64,000 bases of DNA from Malacoraja senta (GCA_038087875.1 JAXLNO010000575.1:248001-312000); one strand, 5' to 3'; positions 1-12,987 are shown, counted from the stretch's first letter. A program made the numbers and translations. The notes: a model not told the origin generated them from the sequence alone.

Positions 1-85
1 ACTCCATGGGCTGCACTACGTCGGGACGGGGTGCGGCGGGGCCGGACGCGGTGCTCCAACCCGACACTCCCCTCGACCCGAGTAG

Positions 86-1635
86 TAGACAATATACAAT
101 AGATAATAGGTGCAGGAGTGGGCCATTCGGCCCTTCGAACCAGCACCGCCATTCAATATGATCATGGCTGATCATACCCAATCAGTACCCCGTTCCTGCC
201 TTCTCCCCATATTCCGTGACTCCGCTATTTTTAAGAGCCCTATCTAGCTCTCTCTTGAAAGCATCCAGAGAACCAGCCTCCACTGCCCTCTGAGGCAGAG
301 AATTCCACAGACTCACCACTCTGTGAGAAAAAGTGTTTCCTCGTCTCCGTTCTAAATGGCTTACTCCTTATTCTTAAACTGTGGCCCCTGGTTCTGGACT
401 CCCCCAACATCGGGAACATGTTTCCTGCCTCTAGCGTGTCCAAGCCCTTAACAATCTTATATGTTTCAATGAGATCCCGTCTCATCCATGTAAACTCCAG
501 AGTGTACAAGCCCAGCTGCTCCATTCTCTCAGCATATGACCGTCCCGTCTTCCCGGGAATTAACCTTGTAAACCTACGCTGCACTCCCTCAATAGCAAGA
601 ATGTCCTTCCTCAAATTAGGGGACCAAAACTGCACACAATAGTGGTCTCACTAGAGCTCTGTACAACTGCAGAAGGACCTCTTTGCTCCTATATTCGATT
701 CCTCTTGTTATAAAGGCCAACATGCCATTCGCTTTCTTCACTGCCTGCTGTACCTGCATGCTTACTTTCATAGACTGATGTACAAGGACCCCCAGATCCC
801 GTAGTACTTCCCCTTTTCCCAACTTGACTCCATTTAGATGGTAATCTGCCTTCCTGTTTTTGCTACCAAAGTGGATAACCTCACATTTATCCGCATTAAA
901 CTTAATCTGCCATGCATCTGCCCACTCCCCCAACCTATCCAAGTCACCCTGCATTCTCATAGCATCCTCCTCACAGTTCACACTGCCACCCAGCTTTGTG
1001 TCATCTGCAAATTTGCTAATGTTACTTTGAATCCCTTCATCCAAATCATTGATTTATATTGTAAATAGCTGCGGTCCCAGCACCAAGCCTTGCGGTACTT
1101 CACTAGTCACTGCCTGCCATTCTAAAAGGGACCCGTTAATCCCTACTCTTTGTTTCCTGTCTGCCAACCACTTCTCTATCCATGTCAGCACTCTACCCCC
1201 AATACCATGTGCCCTAATTTTGCCCACTAATCTCCTATGTGGGACCTTATCAAATGCTTTCTGAACGTCCAGGTACACTACATCCACTGGCTCTCCCTTG
1301 TCCATTTTCCTAGTTACATCTTCAAAAAATTCCAGAAGATTAGTCGAGCATCATTTCCCCTTCGTAAATTCATGCTGACTCGGACCGATCCTGTTACTGC
1401 TATCCAAATGTGCGGCTATCTCATCTTTTATAATTGACTCCAGCATCTTCCCCACCACTGATGTCATTCTAACTGGTCTATAATTCCCCGTTTTCTCTCA
1501 CCCACCTTTCTTAAAAAGTGGGATAACATTAGCTACCCTCCAATCCACAGGAACTGATCCTGAGTCTATAGAACATTGGAAAATTATCACCAATGCATCC
1601 ACGATTTCTAGAGCCACTACCTTAAGTACCCTGGG
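86..1635 (-). mobile_element. CR1 LINE, 5'-truncated (RT and 3' UTR); mirror ~62707-64000 (+)
   Basis: VYLD.QKAFDKVPH, VPQG.VLGP, KFADDTKL, VQRRFTRLIPG, TRGHSL and a (tattgtc)-type tail. Confidence 0.92.
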
Positions 1636-2229
1636 ATGCCTCCTAATGGCTCATTAACCTCGAGGTCCTTTATCAAATCCGGTTCATTACATAACACTAA
1701 ATCCAGCATTGCCTTCTCCCTGGTAGGCTCCAATACAAGCTGTTCAAAGAATCCATCACAAAGGCACTCTACAAAGTCCCTACATTCAGCCCACCTTGCC
1801 CACACCGGCCAACATGTCCCATCTACAACAGTCCCACCTGTCCACAACCCTCCAAACCAATCCTATTATCCACGTATAGGAAGGAACTGCAGATGCTGGT
1901 TTAAACCAAAGATAGACACAAAAGCAGGAGTAACTCAGCGGGACAGGCAGCATCTCTGGAGCGAAGGAATGGGTGATGTTTCGTGTCGGGACCTTTGTGA
2001 TCAGTCTGAAGAAGGGTCTCGACTGAAATATCACCCATTCCTTCTCTCCAGAGATGCTGCCAGTCTCACTGAGTTACTCCAGCTTTGTGTCTATTATCCA
2101 TGTACCTGTCTAACAGTTTCTTAAACATTGGGATAGTCCCTGCCTCAACTACCTCCTCTGGCAGCTTGTTCCATACACCCACCACCCTCTGTGTCAATCT
2201 GTATCTCTAAAGTAATCTCAACATCTCAT

Positions 2230-3540
2230 GACAAAAATGGTGGAGAAACTCACCGGGTGAGGCAGCATCTATGGAGCGAAAGAAATAGGCGACGTTTCGG
2301 GTCGAGACCCTTCTTCAGACTGATGTGGGGGTGGGGGGGGGGATAGGAAGAAGAAAGGAAGAGGCGGAGACAGTGGTATGTGGGAGAGCTGGGAATGGGA
2401 GGGGAAAGAGGGAGAAAGCAGGGACTATCTGAAATTGGAGAAGTCAATGTTCATACCGTTGTGGTGTAAACTACCCAAGCAAAATATGAGGTGCTGCTCC
2501 TCCAATTTGCGGTGGGACTCACTCTGGCCATGGAGGAGGTCCAGGACAGAAAGGTCGGATTCGGAATGGGAGGGGAGTTGAAGTGCTGAGCCACCGGGAC
2601 ATCAGGTTGGTTAATGCGAACAGAGCGGAGGTGTTGGGCGAAGCGATCGCCGAGCCTGCGCTTGGTCTCACCGATGTAGAGCAGTTGACACCTAGAGCAG
2701 CGGATGCAATAGATGAGGTTGGAGGAGGTGCAGGTGAACCACTGCTGCACCTGGAAAGACTGCTTGGGTCCTTGAATGGAGTCAAGGGGGGAGGTAAAGC
2801 GACAAATGTAGCATTTCCTGTGGTTACAAGGGAAAGTACCCGGGGAGGGGGTGGTTTGGGTGGGAAGGGACGAATTGACCAGGGAGTTACGGAGGGAGCA
2901 GTGTCTGTGGAAAGCCGAAAGGGGAGGAGAGTGGATGATGTGGCCAGTGGTTGGGATCCCATTGGAGGTGGCGAAAATGTCGGAGGATTATCTGTTGTAT
3001 GTGATGGCTGGTCGGGTGGAAGGTGAGGACAAGGGGGACTCTGACCTTGTTACGAGTGTGGGGGATAGGGAGTGAGAGCAGAGTCATGGGGTACAGAAGA
3101 GACCCTGGTGGGAGCCTCATCTATAGTAGAAGAAGGGAACCCCCTTCCCTGAAGAATGAGGACAGCTTCGATGCCCTGGTGTAGAACACTTTTTTTCTTC
3201 TTTTTTTTTTCCTCTTCAAAATGCTTTTATTCAGAACAAACAAAAATACAAAGTAGTAACACGATCAAAGGATGCCTATTTTGGAATTTTACAAACAAAG
3301 TTATCAAATTAAAATATTAACATTTTTATCAACAATACATTCGACGCCCCGCGGTGACCAGCGTTCACGGAAGGCCTCCAGAGTCCCCATGGACACCGCA
3401 TGTTCCCTCTCCAGGGAAGAACACCTCACCTGGGTGCAGATGCGGCGTAGGCAGAGGAATTGGGAGTAGGGGATAGAGTCCTTACAGGAAGCAGGGTGGG
3501 AAGAAGTGTCGTCCAGATAGCCATGGGAGTCAGTGGGTTT
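2230..3540 (-). mobile_element. Penelope-like retroelement fragment (GIY-YIG end), with a Tx1-like insert at ~3190-3417; mirror ~60820-62110
   Basis: NLIYCIRC..C.LLYIGETKRRLGDRF..H GIY-YIG motif, upstream SSHPASCKDSIPYSQF segment and ctgaagaagggtctcgacccgaaacgtc tail. Confidence 0.88.
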
Positions 3541-3591
3541 GTTAAACTTTCTTAAACATCTCATTTGCAAATCTATTTTTCGTTTCAGAAA

Positions 3592-4634
3592 ATGTCTTCC
3601 CCGAGGCCCACAACTGGAATTCCAGCCTTACCCTTCAGTGTCGATCCGGGCGCATTTTCATGTGACAGAAGAGAGTTTGTGGCCATGAAGACCATTACGG
3701 CGGTGGTGTGTAGCCTGGTGTGTCTCTTGGCCGTGACGGGGAACTTGTTGGTGATGGTGGTCATCCTTCACAGCCGTCGCTCCATCTCGTCCACGGACGT
3801 CTACCTGCTCCATCTGGCCACGGCCGACCTGCTCTTTGCCCTCACCCTGCCCTTCTGGGCAGTGGACGCCGTGTCTGGCTGGGTGTTTGGTGACGCCATG
3901 TGTAAGGTGATCAGTATGTTGCAGGAGGTGAACTTTTACAGTGGCATCCTGCTGCTGGCCTGCATCAGCGTGGACCGCTACCTGGCCATTGTCCGCTCTG
4001 CCCAGTCGCACGGTCACAGGAGGCCGTGGATGGTCAAAGTGGTGTGTGCCGCCGTCTGGCTCGTGGCCCTGCTCCTCTCCTTGCCCATCCTCCTCAATGA
4101 AGTGTTTCCCGACATTGAATTTGATCGGTCCGTCTGTAACGAGGAACACGATGGCGATTTTGTCAAACCGTGGAAATTGAGCATCAAAGTTAGTCGTCTG
4201 ATCATCGGCTTCCTCATGCCGCTGGGGCCACCATGGTCTTCTGCTACACCGTCATCGTGTGGAAACTGTGCCAGACCAAGGGCTTCCAAAAGCAGAAAGC
4301 CATGAAGGTCATCATCGCGGTGGTGCTGGCCTTCCTGGCGTGCTGGCTGCCCTACCATCTAACCATGGTTGTGGACTTGCTGGTGAGAGTCAAACACATC
4401 AAAGCCTCCTGCATCGGGCGTGACCACTTGGACAGGGCCGTGCTGGCCACACAGTGCTTGGCCTTTCTTGACAGCTGCATCAACCCAATCCTCTACGCCT
4501 TCATCGGGGAGAAGTTCAAGAGTAACCTGGTCAAACTCATGGCTCATAAAGGCCTCATAAAGAGAAGCGAAGAAAACCAATTGAAGCAATCACGCTCATC
4601 CTCAGTCTCTGGGCAGACATCCACAACCATTTAG
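3592..4634 (+). pseudogene. CXCR1/2-like: CXCR1/CXCR2-like chemokine receptor, frameshifted copy
   Basis: TM1 GNLLV, TDVYLLHLATADLLFALTLPFWA, ACISVDRYLAIV, QKQKAMKVIIAVVLAFLACWLPY, SCINPILYAFIG. It has an extra GG at ~4225 (ctggggcc vs ctggcc in the twin). Splice acceptor ttttcgtttcag at 3588. The frameshift could be a sequencing error. Confidence 0.85.
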
Positions 4635-5234
4635 ACACCTCACCCCCGCCGCGCCCACCCCCTCCGCGCCCCTCCCCCACCCTCCCCCCTCCCCCCCACC
4701 CTCCCACCCCACCCCCCATCCCCCCATCCCCCAAAAAAACCCCACCCCCCCTCCACCCCACCCCCCCCTCAAATCTATATGATCACCCCTCATCCTCCAG
4801 TGCTCCAAGGAATAAAGTCCTAGCCTGCTTAAACTCTCTCGAAAACAGTTCAGTTTCTTGAGTCCTGGGAATATGCCTGTAAATGAAAGTGTCCAAGAAC
4901 CACTGTATCAATCGAGCGCTGGAGATGATGAAGACACACATGGTTTCCAACCATAGACAAAGACAAAGTCCAATGTCCACTATGGGTGAAGGAGGGTACG
5001 GTCCGATTCACCTCCACCCCATTGCAGACACTGGACTCATAATAACCCGAAACCTAAAGAGATGTTGACTCAACACTTCACGCTGCCTCGGAAAGCAGCC
5101 AACATCGTCAAAGACGTGTCCCTGTCCCACCCCGGTCATTCCTTTTTCTACCTACTCCCGTCCGGCAGAAGGTACAGAAGCTTGAAAGTGTGCACCACCA
5201 GACTCAGGAACAGCTTCTTACCCTCTGTTATCAG

Positions 5235-7541
5235 TAGAGCCAGGATTTTGCCATAAATGCCATGTGCCCTTTCATGCCTTTTTTGATGATCTCACCAGGA
5301 TAATGCCTTTTTCACAATCGAGTGCCTAAATCAGCCTTTTTTGCCGTTTTGCTAATAAGTCGTACTATTTTCTCTTTATTATTAACATAGTATAACTTAC
5401 AAGAAAACTTCCACCACCGATGTGAAACCCGGGGCACCACCGTCGGTCATTCATTCGTTCATGCTGCTGCCCGTTAGTTCATTTTTCTCCAAGATCTATT
5501 TAAGAAAGAACTGCAGATGCTGGAAAAATCGAAGGTAGACAAAAATTGCTGGAGAAACTCAGCGGGTGAGGCTCAGTGGAGAGAAGGAATAGGCGACGTT
5601 TTGGGTCGAGACCCTTCTTCAGACTGATGTGGGGGGGGGGAGCGGGAAAAAGAAAGGAAGAGGCAACGTTTCTAGGAGACTTCTTCAGACTGATGTGGGG
5701 GGGCGGGAAAAAGAAAGGAAGAGGCAGAGACAGTAGGTCTATAAGGAGAGCTGGGAAGGGGGAGGGGGAGGAGGGAAAAGTCAAGGGCTATCTAAAATTA
5801 GAGAAGTCAATGTTGATACCGCTGGGGTGTAGACTGCCCAAGCAAAATACCCAAGCTTGTCTCCTCACTACATTTACTGCTGGCTTCAGTCACAAACCTG
5901 AGTTTGAGTGATTTGTGCAAGGCATTCATTGATGCTGGAATTCCACTGTGGAAATTGGAAAACAAATCTCTCAGAGGTTTTTTAGAGAAATACATAGAGG
6001 AACATATACCAAGCGAGTCATCATTACGGAAAAATTATGTTGACAGCAACTTCAACATTCTTGTGCAGAAAATTAAAGATGAAGTTGCATGCAACAAAAT
6101 ATGGATCTCAATAGACGAGACAATGATGCTGTGGGGAGATATGTTGCCAATGTGGTCATCGGTACACTGGAGGCAGGTCAACCATCAAAGGAGTATTTGT
6201 TGACATCAGAAGTATTTTGGAAGTCAAACAGCTCAACTATTGCTCAGTTGTTTACATCTTCACTTGCTGTACTTTGGCCAGAAGGTATAAAACACGAGAG
6301 TGTACTTCTGTTTGTGACTTAAAGTTTTATTCCCCAAAATGTTGCATTTGACTTGCTTAGCTCAAGGACTTCATAGAATTGCCAAGCACATACATAGCTT
6401 GTTTCCAAATGTCGATCGCCTAGTTTCCAATGTCAAGAAAATCTTCCTCAAAGTACCGTCACGTGTGCAGTTGTTCAAGGAAATGGTACCCGAGATTCCG
6501 CTACCTCCTCAGCCCGTTTTGACTAGGTGGGGTACATGGGTCTCTGCTGTACTCTACTATGCTGCAAATTCTGAAAAGTTAAAATAAATCGTCAAATGTT
6601 TTGAAGAAGCAGAATCTGCTGCAGTCAGGATCGTTAGTGAAATCGTGCAGAAAATGTCCCTCCACCGCGATCTTGTGTTTATTGCTTCCAATTTTGCAAA
6701 CTTCCCACAAGCTAATAATAATATAAATAATAATATATTATCCCTTGAGAAACGTGGTGAAACATTAGTGAATAACTTGCAGGTTTTCAACAAAGTAACT
6801 GACGATATTCGTAAATTTCTTGGCGATGTAGGTAAAGACATACAAGGAAAATGTGAGAGTGATTTTAGACAATAGACAATAGGTGCAGGAGCAGGCCATT
6901 TGGCCCTTCGAGCCAGCACCGCCATTCAATGTGATCATGGCTGATCATCCCCAAACAGTATCCCGTTCCTGCCTTCTCCCCATATCCCCTGACTCCGCTA
7001 TTTTTAAGAGCCCTATCTAGCTCTCTTGAAAGCATCCAGAGAACCTGCCTCCTCTGAGGCAGAGAATTCCACAGACTCACCACTCTCTGTGAGAAAAAGT
7101 GTTTCCTCGTCTCCGTTCTAAATGGCTTACTCCTTATTATTATTCTTTAGCTAACAAAGATCTTGAAGAAATACAAAACATAGCTAAAGATCTCAAAGGT
7201 AGTTGCAATGCACAAGATATCGACATGAATATAGAGTCTATAGCTTGTTTCGGGTATGCACCTGTGACCTCAGCTGGGGTAGAAAGACGTTTTTCACAAC
7301 TGAAGCATATTCTGTCTGACAGATGGTATGGTTTAACACCAGATAATTTGAAAAAAATGCTAGTAATTATGTGCAACCAGGCAACTTTGATCATTTAATG
7401 TTGTATACCTTTATATTATTATTTTTGACCATATTTGGGTGGTGGAAATAAATGCCTTGTTATGCCTTTTTTGTAATTGTATTATGCCTTTATGCCTGCC
7501 TATTTCAGAGTTTCTTTAGTGCCTTAAACATCCTGGCTCTA
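5235..7541 (+). mobile_element. hAT DNA transposon (CGGBP1-like transposase), decayed, with nested insertions; mirror 56821-59089
   Basis: TIR tagagccaggat / atcctggctcta and 8-bp TSD gttatcag (5227-34, 7542-49). Transposase fragments IPLWKL, WISIDET, TCLA(Q)GLH, TRWGTW, PVTSAGVERRFS. Confidence 0.9.
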
Positions 7542-8571
7542 GTTATCAGGCTTCTGAACGGTCCTTCCATAAGCTAGAGTACTGTCCGATTCACCTCTAC
7601 CCCATTGCGGACATTGGACTTTGTCTCTGGAACTGATGCGCTACAATGCTGAGAACTATATTCTGCACTCTGTATCTTACCCTTTGCTCTACCTATTGGA
7701 CTGAGTTACTCCAGCACTTTGTGAAACGTCACCTATCCATGTTCTCCACAGATGCTGCCTGACCCGCTGAGTTACTCCAGCACTCTGTGAAACATCACCT
7801 ATCCATGTTCTCCACAGATGCTGCCTGACCCACTGAGTTACTCCAGCACTCTGTGAAACGTCACCTATCCATGTTCTCCACAGACGCTGCCTGACCCGCT
7901 GAGTTACTCCAGCACTCTGTGTCCTTTTGTGTATTCACCAGTATCTGCAGTTCGTGATTTCTACAAAAGAGTGGTTTATTTTTCCTGTTTCTGCCTGGAA
8001 CCGCGAGCTTGGCTTCAGTAAGCGGGAGTTGCTTCAACATGTATTCTGTACGGTTGCTGTGAAATAAAAGACCTTTGGTTTCCACCCGGCCTCGATTCTC
8101 CTGCTCATTCAGTTGGTCTTCAACATAACTCGACGAACAGTGAAAGGCCCGGATAGAGTGGATGTGGAGAGGATGTTTCCATCAGTGGGAGAGTCTAGGA
8201 CTAGAGGGCACAGCCTCAGAATTAAAGGATGTTCCTTTAGAAAGGAGGGGAAGGCAATGGGAGCCTGGCGTGTGTGGACCGCTGTGAAGAACAATTAGGA
8301 CCCGACGTGAGGGGGCCGCTGAGAGGGACGTTCTCCCCGTGACCTGCGTTGGTTTTCTCCAAGATCTTCGGTTTCCTCCCACACTCCAAACATGTGTGGG
8401 TTTGTAGGTTAATTGGCTTTGGTAAAATTGTAAATTGTCCCTAGTGTGTGGGATAGTGTTAGTGTACGGGGTGATCAATGGTCGGCTCAGACTCGGCAGG
8501 CTGAAGGGCCTGTTTCCGTGATGTATCTCTAAAGACTATAGTAATGCACACCAATGCCTCTACTAAAGAGT

Positions 8572-9185
8572 ACAGAGGTTCTTCTGCAGTTGTATAGGGC
8601 TCTGGTGAGACCACATCTGGAATATTGTGTACAGTTTTGATCTCCTTATATGAGGAAGGACATCCTTGTGATTGAGGCAGTGCAGCGTAGATTCACGAGA
8701 TTGATCCCTGGGATGGCGGGACTGTCATATGAGGAAAGATTGAAAAGACTAGGCTTGTATTCACTGGAGTTTAGAAGGATGAGGGGGTATCTTATAGAAA
8801 CATATAAAATTATAAAGGGACTGGACAAGCTAGATGCAGGAAAAATGTTCCCAATGTTGGGCAAGTCCAGAACCTGGGGCCACAGTCTTAGAATAAAGGG
8901 GAGGTCATTTAAGACTGAGGTGAGAAAAAACTTTTTCACCCAGAGAGTTGTGAATATATGGAATTCCCTGCCACAGAGGGCAGTGGAGGCCAAGTCACTG
9001 GATGGATTTAAGAGAGAGATAGAGCTCTAGGGGCTAGTGGAGTCAAGGGATATGGGGAGTAGGCAGGCACGGGTTATTGATAGGGGACGATCAGCCATGA
9101 TCACAATGATTGGCAGTGCTGGCTCGAAGGGCCGAATGGCCTCCATCTGCACCAATTTTCTATGTTTCTATGTTTCTATGTTTCC
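8572..9185 (+). mobile_element. CR1 3' fragment; mirror ~55177-55790
   Basis: VQRRFTRLIPGM...FFTQRVVNIWNSLP and a (ttctatgt)n tail. Confidence 0.88.
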
Positions 9186-9270
9186 TTAGAAGACTAGGCA
9201 TGTTTCTAATGATTTTACTAATGTCTGCAGATGCAGTTTCTTATTGGGATGCAAGAAATTGCAGAGAGTT

Positions 9271-9540
9271 GTAGATGTCGCCCAGTCCATCACACAGACC
9301 ACACTCCCCACCATTGTGGATGTGGCCCAGTCCGTCACACAGACCACACTCCCCACCATTGTAGATGTAGCCCAGTCCATCACACAGACCACACTCCCCA
9401 CCATTGTAGATGTAGCCCAGTCCGTCACACAGATCACACTCCCCACCATTGTAGATGTAGCCCAGTCCATCACACAGACCACACTCCCCACCATTGTAGA
9501 TGTAGCCCAGTCCATCACAGACACCACACTCCCCACCATC
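9271..9540 (+). repeat. 45-bp minisatellite x6 (x3 at ~16745-16885); mirrors ~54823-55092 and ~47610-47750
   Basis: Unit gtagatgtagcccagtccatcacacagaccacactccccaccatt, within a Rex1-type tail. Confidence 0.92.
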
Positions 9541-9639
9541 GACTCCATCTACACTTCACGCTGCCTCGGGAAAGCAGCCGACATAAACCCTGTCCCACCC
9601 CGGTCATTCCTTCTTCTCCCCACTCCATGTTCATATATT

Positions 9640-10325
9640 ATAGGAGCCGAATTAGGCCATTCGGCCCATCAAGTCTACTCTGCCATTCAAGCATGGCTGA
9701 TCTATCTCTCCCTCCTAACCCCATTCTCCTGCTTTCTCCCCATAACCCCTGACACCCGTACTAATCAAGAATCTATATATCGCTGCCTTAAAAATATCCA
9801 TTGACTTGGCCTCCACAGCCGTCTGTGGGAAAGAATTCCACAGATTCACCACCCTCTGACTAAAGCACACCCTTCCTCAGATATGGGACCCAGAATTGCT
9901 CACAATATTCCAAATGCGGCCTGACCAGCGCCTTATAGAGTCTCAGCATTACATCCCTGTTTTTATATTCTAGCCCTCTCAAAATAAATGCTAGTGTTTC
10001 ATTTTCCTTCCTGACTACCGATTTGACTAGCAGATTAACGTGTTGGGAATCCTGCACCAGCTCCCAAGTCCCTTTACACCTCCGATATCTGAATCCTCTC
10101 CCCATTTAGAAAATAGTCTACGCCTTTATTCCTACGACCAAAATGCACGACTCCACACTTTGCTACACTATATTCCATCTGCCACTTCTCTGCCCACTCT
10201 CCCAACCTGTCCAAGTCCTTCTGCAGAGTCCCTGCTTTCTCTACACTACCTTCCCCTGCACCTATCTTAGTACCATCCACAAACTTGGCCTGAAAGCCTT
10301 CAATCCCCTCGTCCAAACATTGATA
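9640..10325 (-). mobile_element. CR1 fragment with internal deletion
   Basis: KF.D.TKIG, LYKALVRPHLEYC and CR1 3' UTR. Confidence 0.8.
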
Positions 10326-10914
10326 GTTCTTTGACCACAATTATCTGGTATTTTACCCAGAGTAAGCGAATCAAGAACCAGTGGACACAGGTTTAAGGTG
10401 AGAGGGGAAAAGATTTAATAGGAACCTGAGGGGCAACTTTTTCTACACAGAGGGTGGTGGGTGCATGGAACGAGCTGCCAGAGGAGGCAGTTGAGGTGGC
10501 TACTGTAATAACATGTAAAAGACACATGAAGAGAGACACAAAAAGCTGGAGTAACTCAGCGGGACAGGCGGCATCTCTGGAGAGAATGAAAGGCACAGTG
10601 ACAATAAACTGAACTATAAACTGTAAACAGAAAATGTTTTTGAATTATAAGTGCATATCTTACACTTACCAATTCAAAATGGAAGTGCTGGATTAGATTA
10701 GTGTATTTTCAGTTTTAGACTGTGGTTTTGGAGTTCAGTGTGAAGTTATCTCTGTCGGATGCTGGTGACGGATGTATCCACACAGTGCAAGTTTCCTGCT
10801 TATCGGTTACTCAATAAAAAGCAAATGTTGGAGGAAATATTTATCATTCAAATGAACAACACGAGATTGTGACAGAACTCACAGGCCAAAGGTTTGGTCA
10901 AGGTGTGGTGAAAG

Positions 10915-11810
10915 ACAATAGGTGCAGGCGTAGGCCTTTCCGCCCTTCGAGCCAGCACCGCCATTCAATGTGATCATGGCTGAACATCCCCAATCAGTAC
11001 CCCAGTTCCTGCCTTCTCCCCATATCCCCAGACCCCGCTATCTTTAAGAGCCCTATCTAGCTCTCTCTTCAAAGTATCCAGAGAACCGGCCTCCACCTGA
11101 GGCAGAGAATTCCATGGACTCACAACACTCTGTGTGAGAATGTGTTTCCTCGTCTCCGGTCTAAATCAAGTCAAGAGAGTTTATTGTCATGTGTCCCAGA
11201 TAGGACAATGAAATTCTAGCTTGCTGCAGCACAACAGAATATTGTAAGCATAAATACAGATCAGTTCAGTGTGTCTATATAGCATAGACCATATATACAC
11301 ACATAAATAAACAGATAAAGAGCAATAGGCTGTTATAGTTCAGAGTTTGTTTGATGGCGTTTAATAGCCTGATGGCTGTGGGGAAGTGGCTGTTCCTGAA
11401 CCTGGATGTTCCAGATTTCAGGCTCCTGTACCTTCTACCTGATGGCAACCTGATACCTAAATGGCTTACCCCTTATTCTTAAACTGTGGCCCCTGGTTCT
11501 GGACTCCCCCAACATCGGGAACATGTTTCCTGCCTCTAGCGTGTCCAAACCCTTAATAATCTTATATGTTTCAATAAGATCCCCACTCATCCTTCTAAAC
11601 TCCAGAGTGTACAAGCCCAGCCGCTCCATTCTCTCAGCATATGACAGTCCCGCCATCCCGGGAATTTACCTTGTAAACCTACGCAGCACTTCCTCAATAG
11701 CAAGAATGTCCTTCCTCAAATTAGGGGACCAAAACTGCACACAATACTCCAGATGTGGTCTCACCAGGGCCCTGTACAACTGCAGAAGGACCTCTTTACT
11801 CCTATATTCC
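10915..11810 (-). mobile_element. CR1 3' fragment containing a nested LINE tail (11167-11456, TSD ctaaat)
   Basis: CR1 3' UTR and ORF2 end; ctaaat at 11161-66 and 11457-62 flanks an insert with a (caagt) tail. Confidence 0.8.
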
Positions 11811-12987
11811 ACCTCTCCACCAATTCAAATATTGCTGGCCAGTGGGGGGGTGGGGGAGTCTTTCTGAAGTGCTAGCATGGGTGTTGTGGGCCGAATGGAC
11901 TGGTTTCCAGAGGGCTAGTATGTACATTGTAGGCCGAATGGATTCTTGTGCTGGCAGCTCAGTCACTCAGGCCTGGCAGGCTGGCAGCTCAGTAACTCAG
12001 GGCTGGCGGGCTGGCAGCTCAGAAACTGCCAGAAATTCTGCCCAAAACAGGTGACAGACTCTGAGACAGAAGGGTGAGAGGATGGAGAATCAATTTTAAC
12101 ATTTTCATCTTTTTTTACAGATCACAGCAATGAAGGAGGAAAGTCTATCCTTGCGTGGATCTCTGGAGCGCTAGTATGGGTATTGTGGGCTGAAGCGACT
12201 GGTTTCCAGAGGGCTAGTATGGACATTGTGGACTGAATGGATTCTTGGACTCGCAGTTCAGTGAGTCATGGCTGGTGGGCTGGCAGATCACTAAGTCATG
12301 TCTGGTGGGCTGGCACTTCAGTCACTTACAGCTGGTGGGCTGGCAGTTCATTTACTCATGGCTGGTGGGCTGGCAGTTCAGTGACATGGCTGGTTGGCTG
12401 GCAGTTCACTTACTCATAGCTGGTGGGATGGCATTCCAGTCACTCACGGCTCGTGTGGTGGCAGTTCACTCAGTCACCCGTGCTCCCCCCCCCCATTCTG
12501 CTCCATGTCATTCCCCTCCCCCCCCCGCATTCAGTCCGTCTCCCCTCAACTCCCCCCCCCCATGCACTCTTAGTGGCTCTCCGACAGCGCAGCCATTCCT
12601 GCCTATTAGGTTCTCATTGTGGTGAAGAACGCGCTGGCATGGCAAGTGGAATAATGATTTATTAAAGTTTAATACGTGAATGACTCGTAAAATATAACAA
12701 TATAACAACAGGCCCGAGTGACTGAGCTGCCAGCCCAAGAATCCATTCGGCCCACAATGTCCATACTCACCCACTCCCCCACACCCCTTCCCCACACCCT
12801 GCCTCACCCACACCGCCCCTCCCAACAACCACTCCCACACCACCCCTCCCCCAACACCCACTCCCCCAAACGCCCCTCCATTAAACCCCCTCTCCCCCCT
12901 CCTCCCCCCCTCCCCCACCCCCCTCCTGCGTTGGGGGGGACCAGGCCTTCCGTGTGACTAGGACCCAACGGGTCCCACTTAGTCTAG
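11811..12987 (+). mobile_element. Non-autonomous Helitron-like element (5' end uncertain); mirror ~51536-52551
   Basis: 3' hairpin ggaccc-aac-gggtcc (12961-75) followed by CTAG|T (12984-88). Internal ~30-bp gctggcag(t/c)tcagt repeats. Confidence 0.6.

Noticed and set aside
9231..9804. CRISPR-like or repeat-protein appearance of the regular 45-bp array
   Set aside because: Contiguous tandem units with no unique spacers, in eukaryotic LINE context and with no cas genes.
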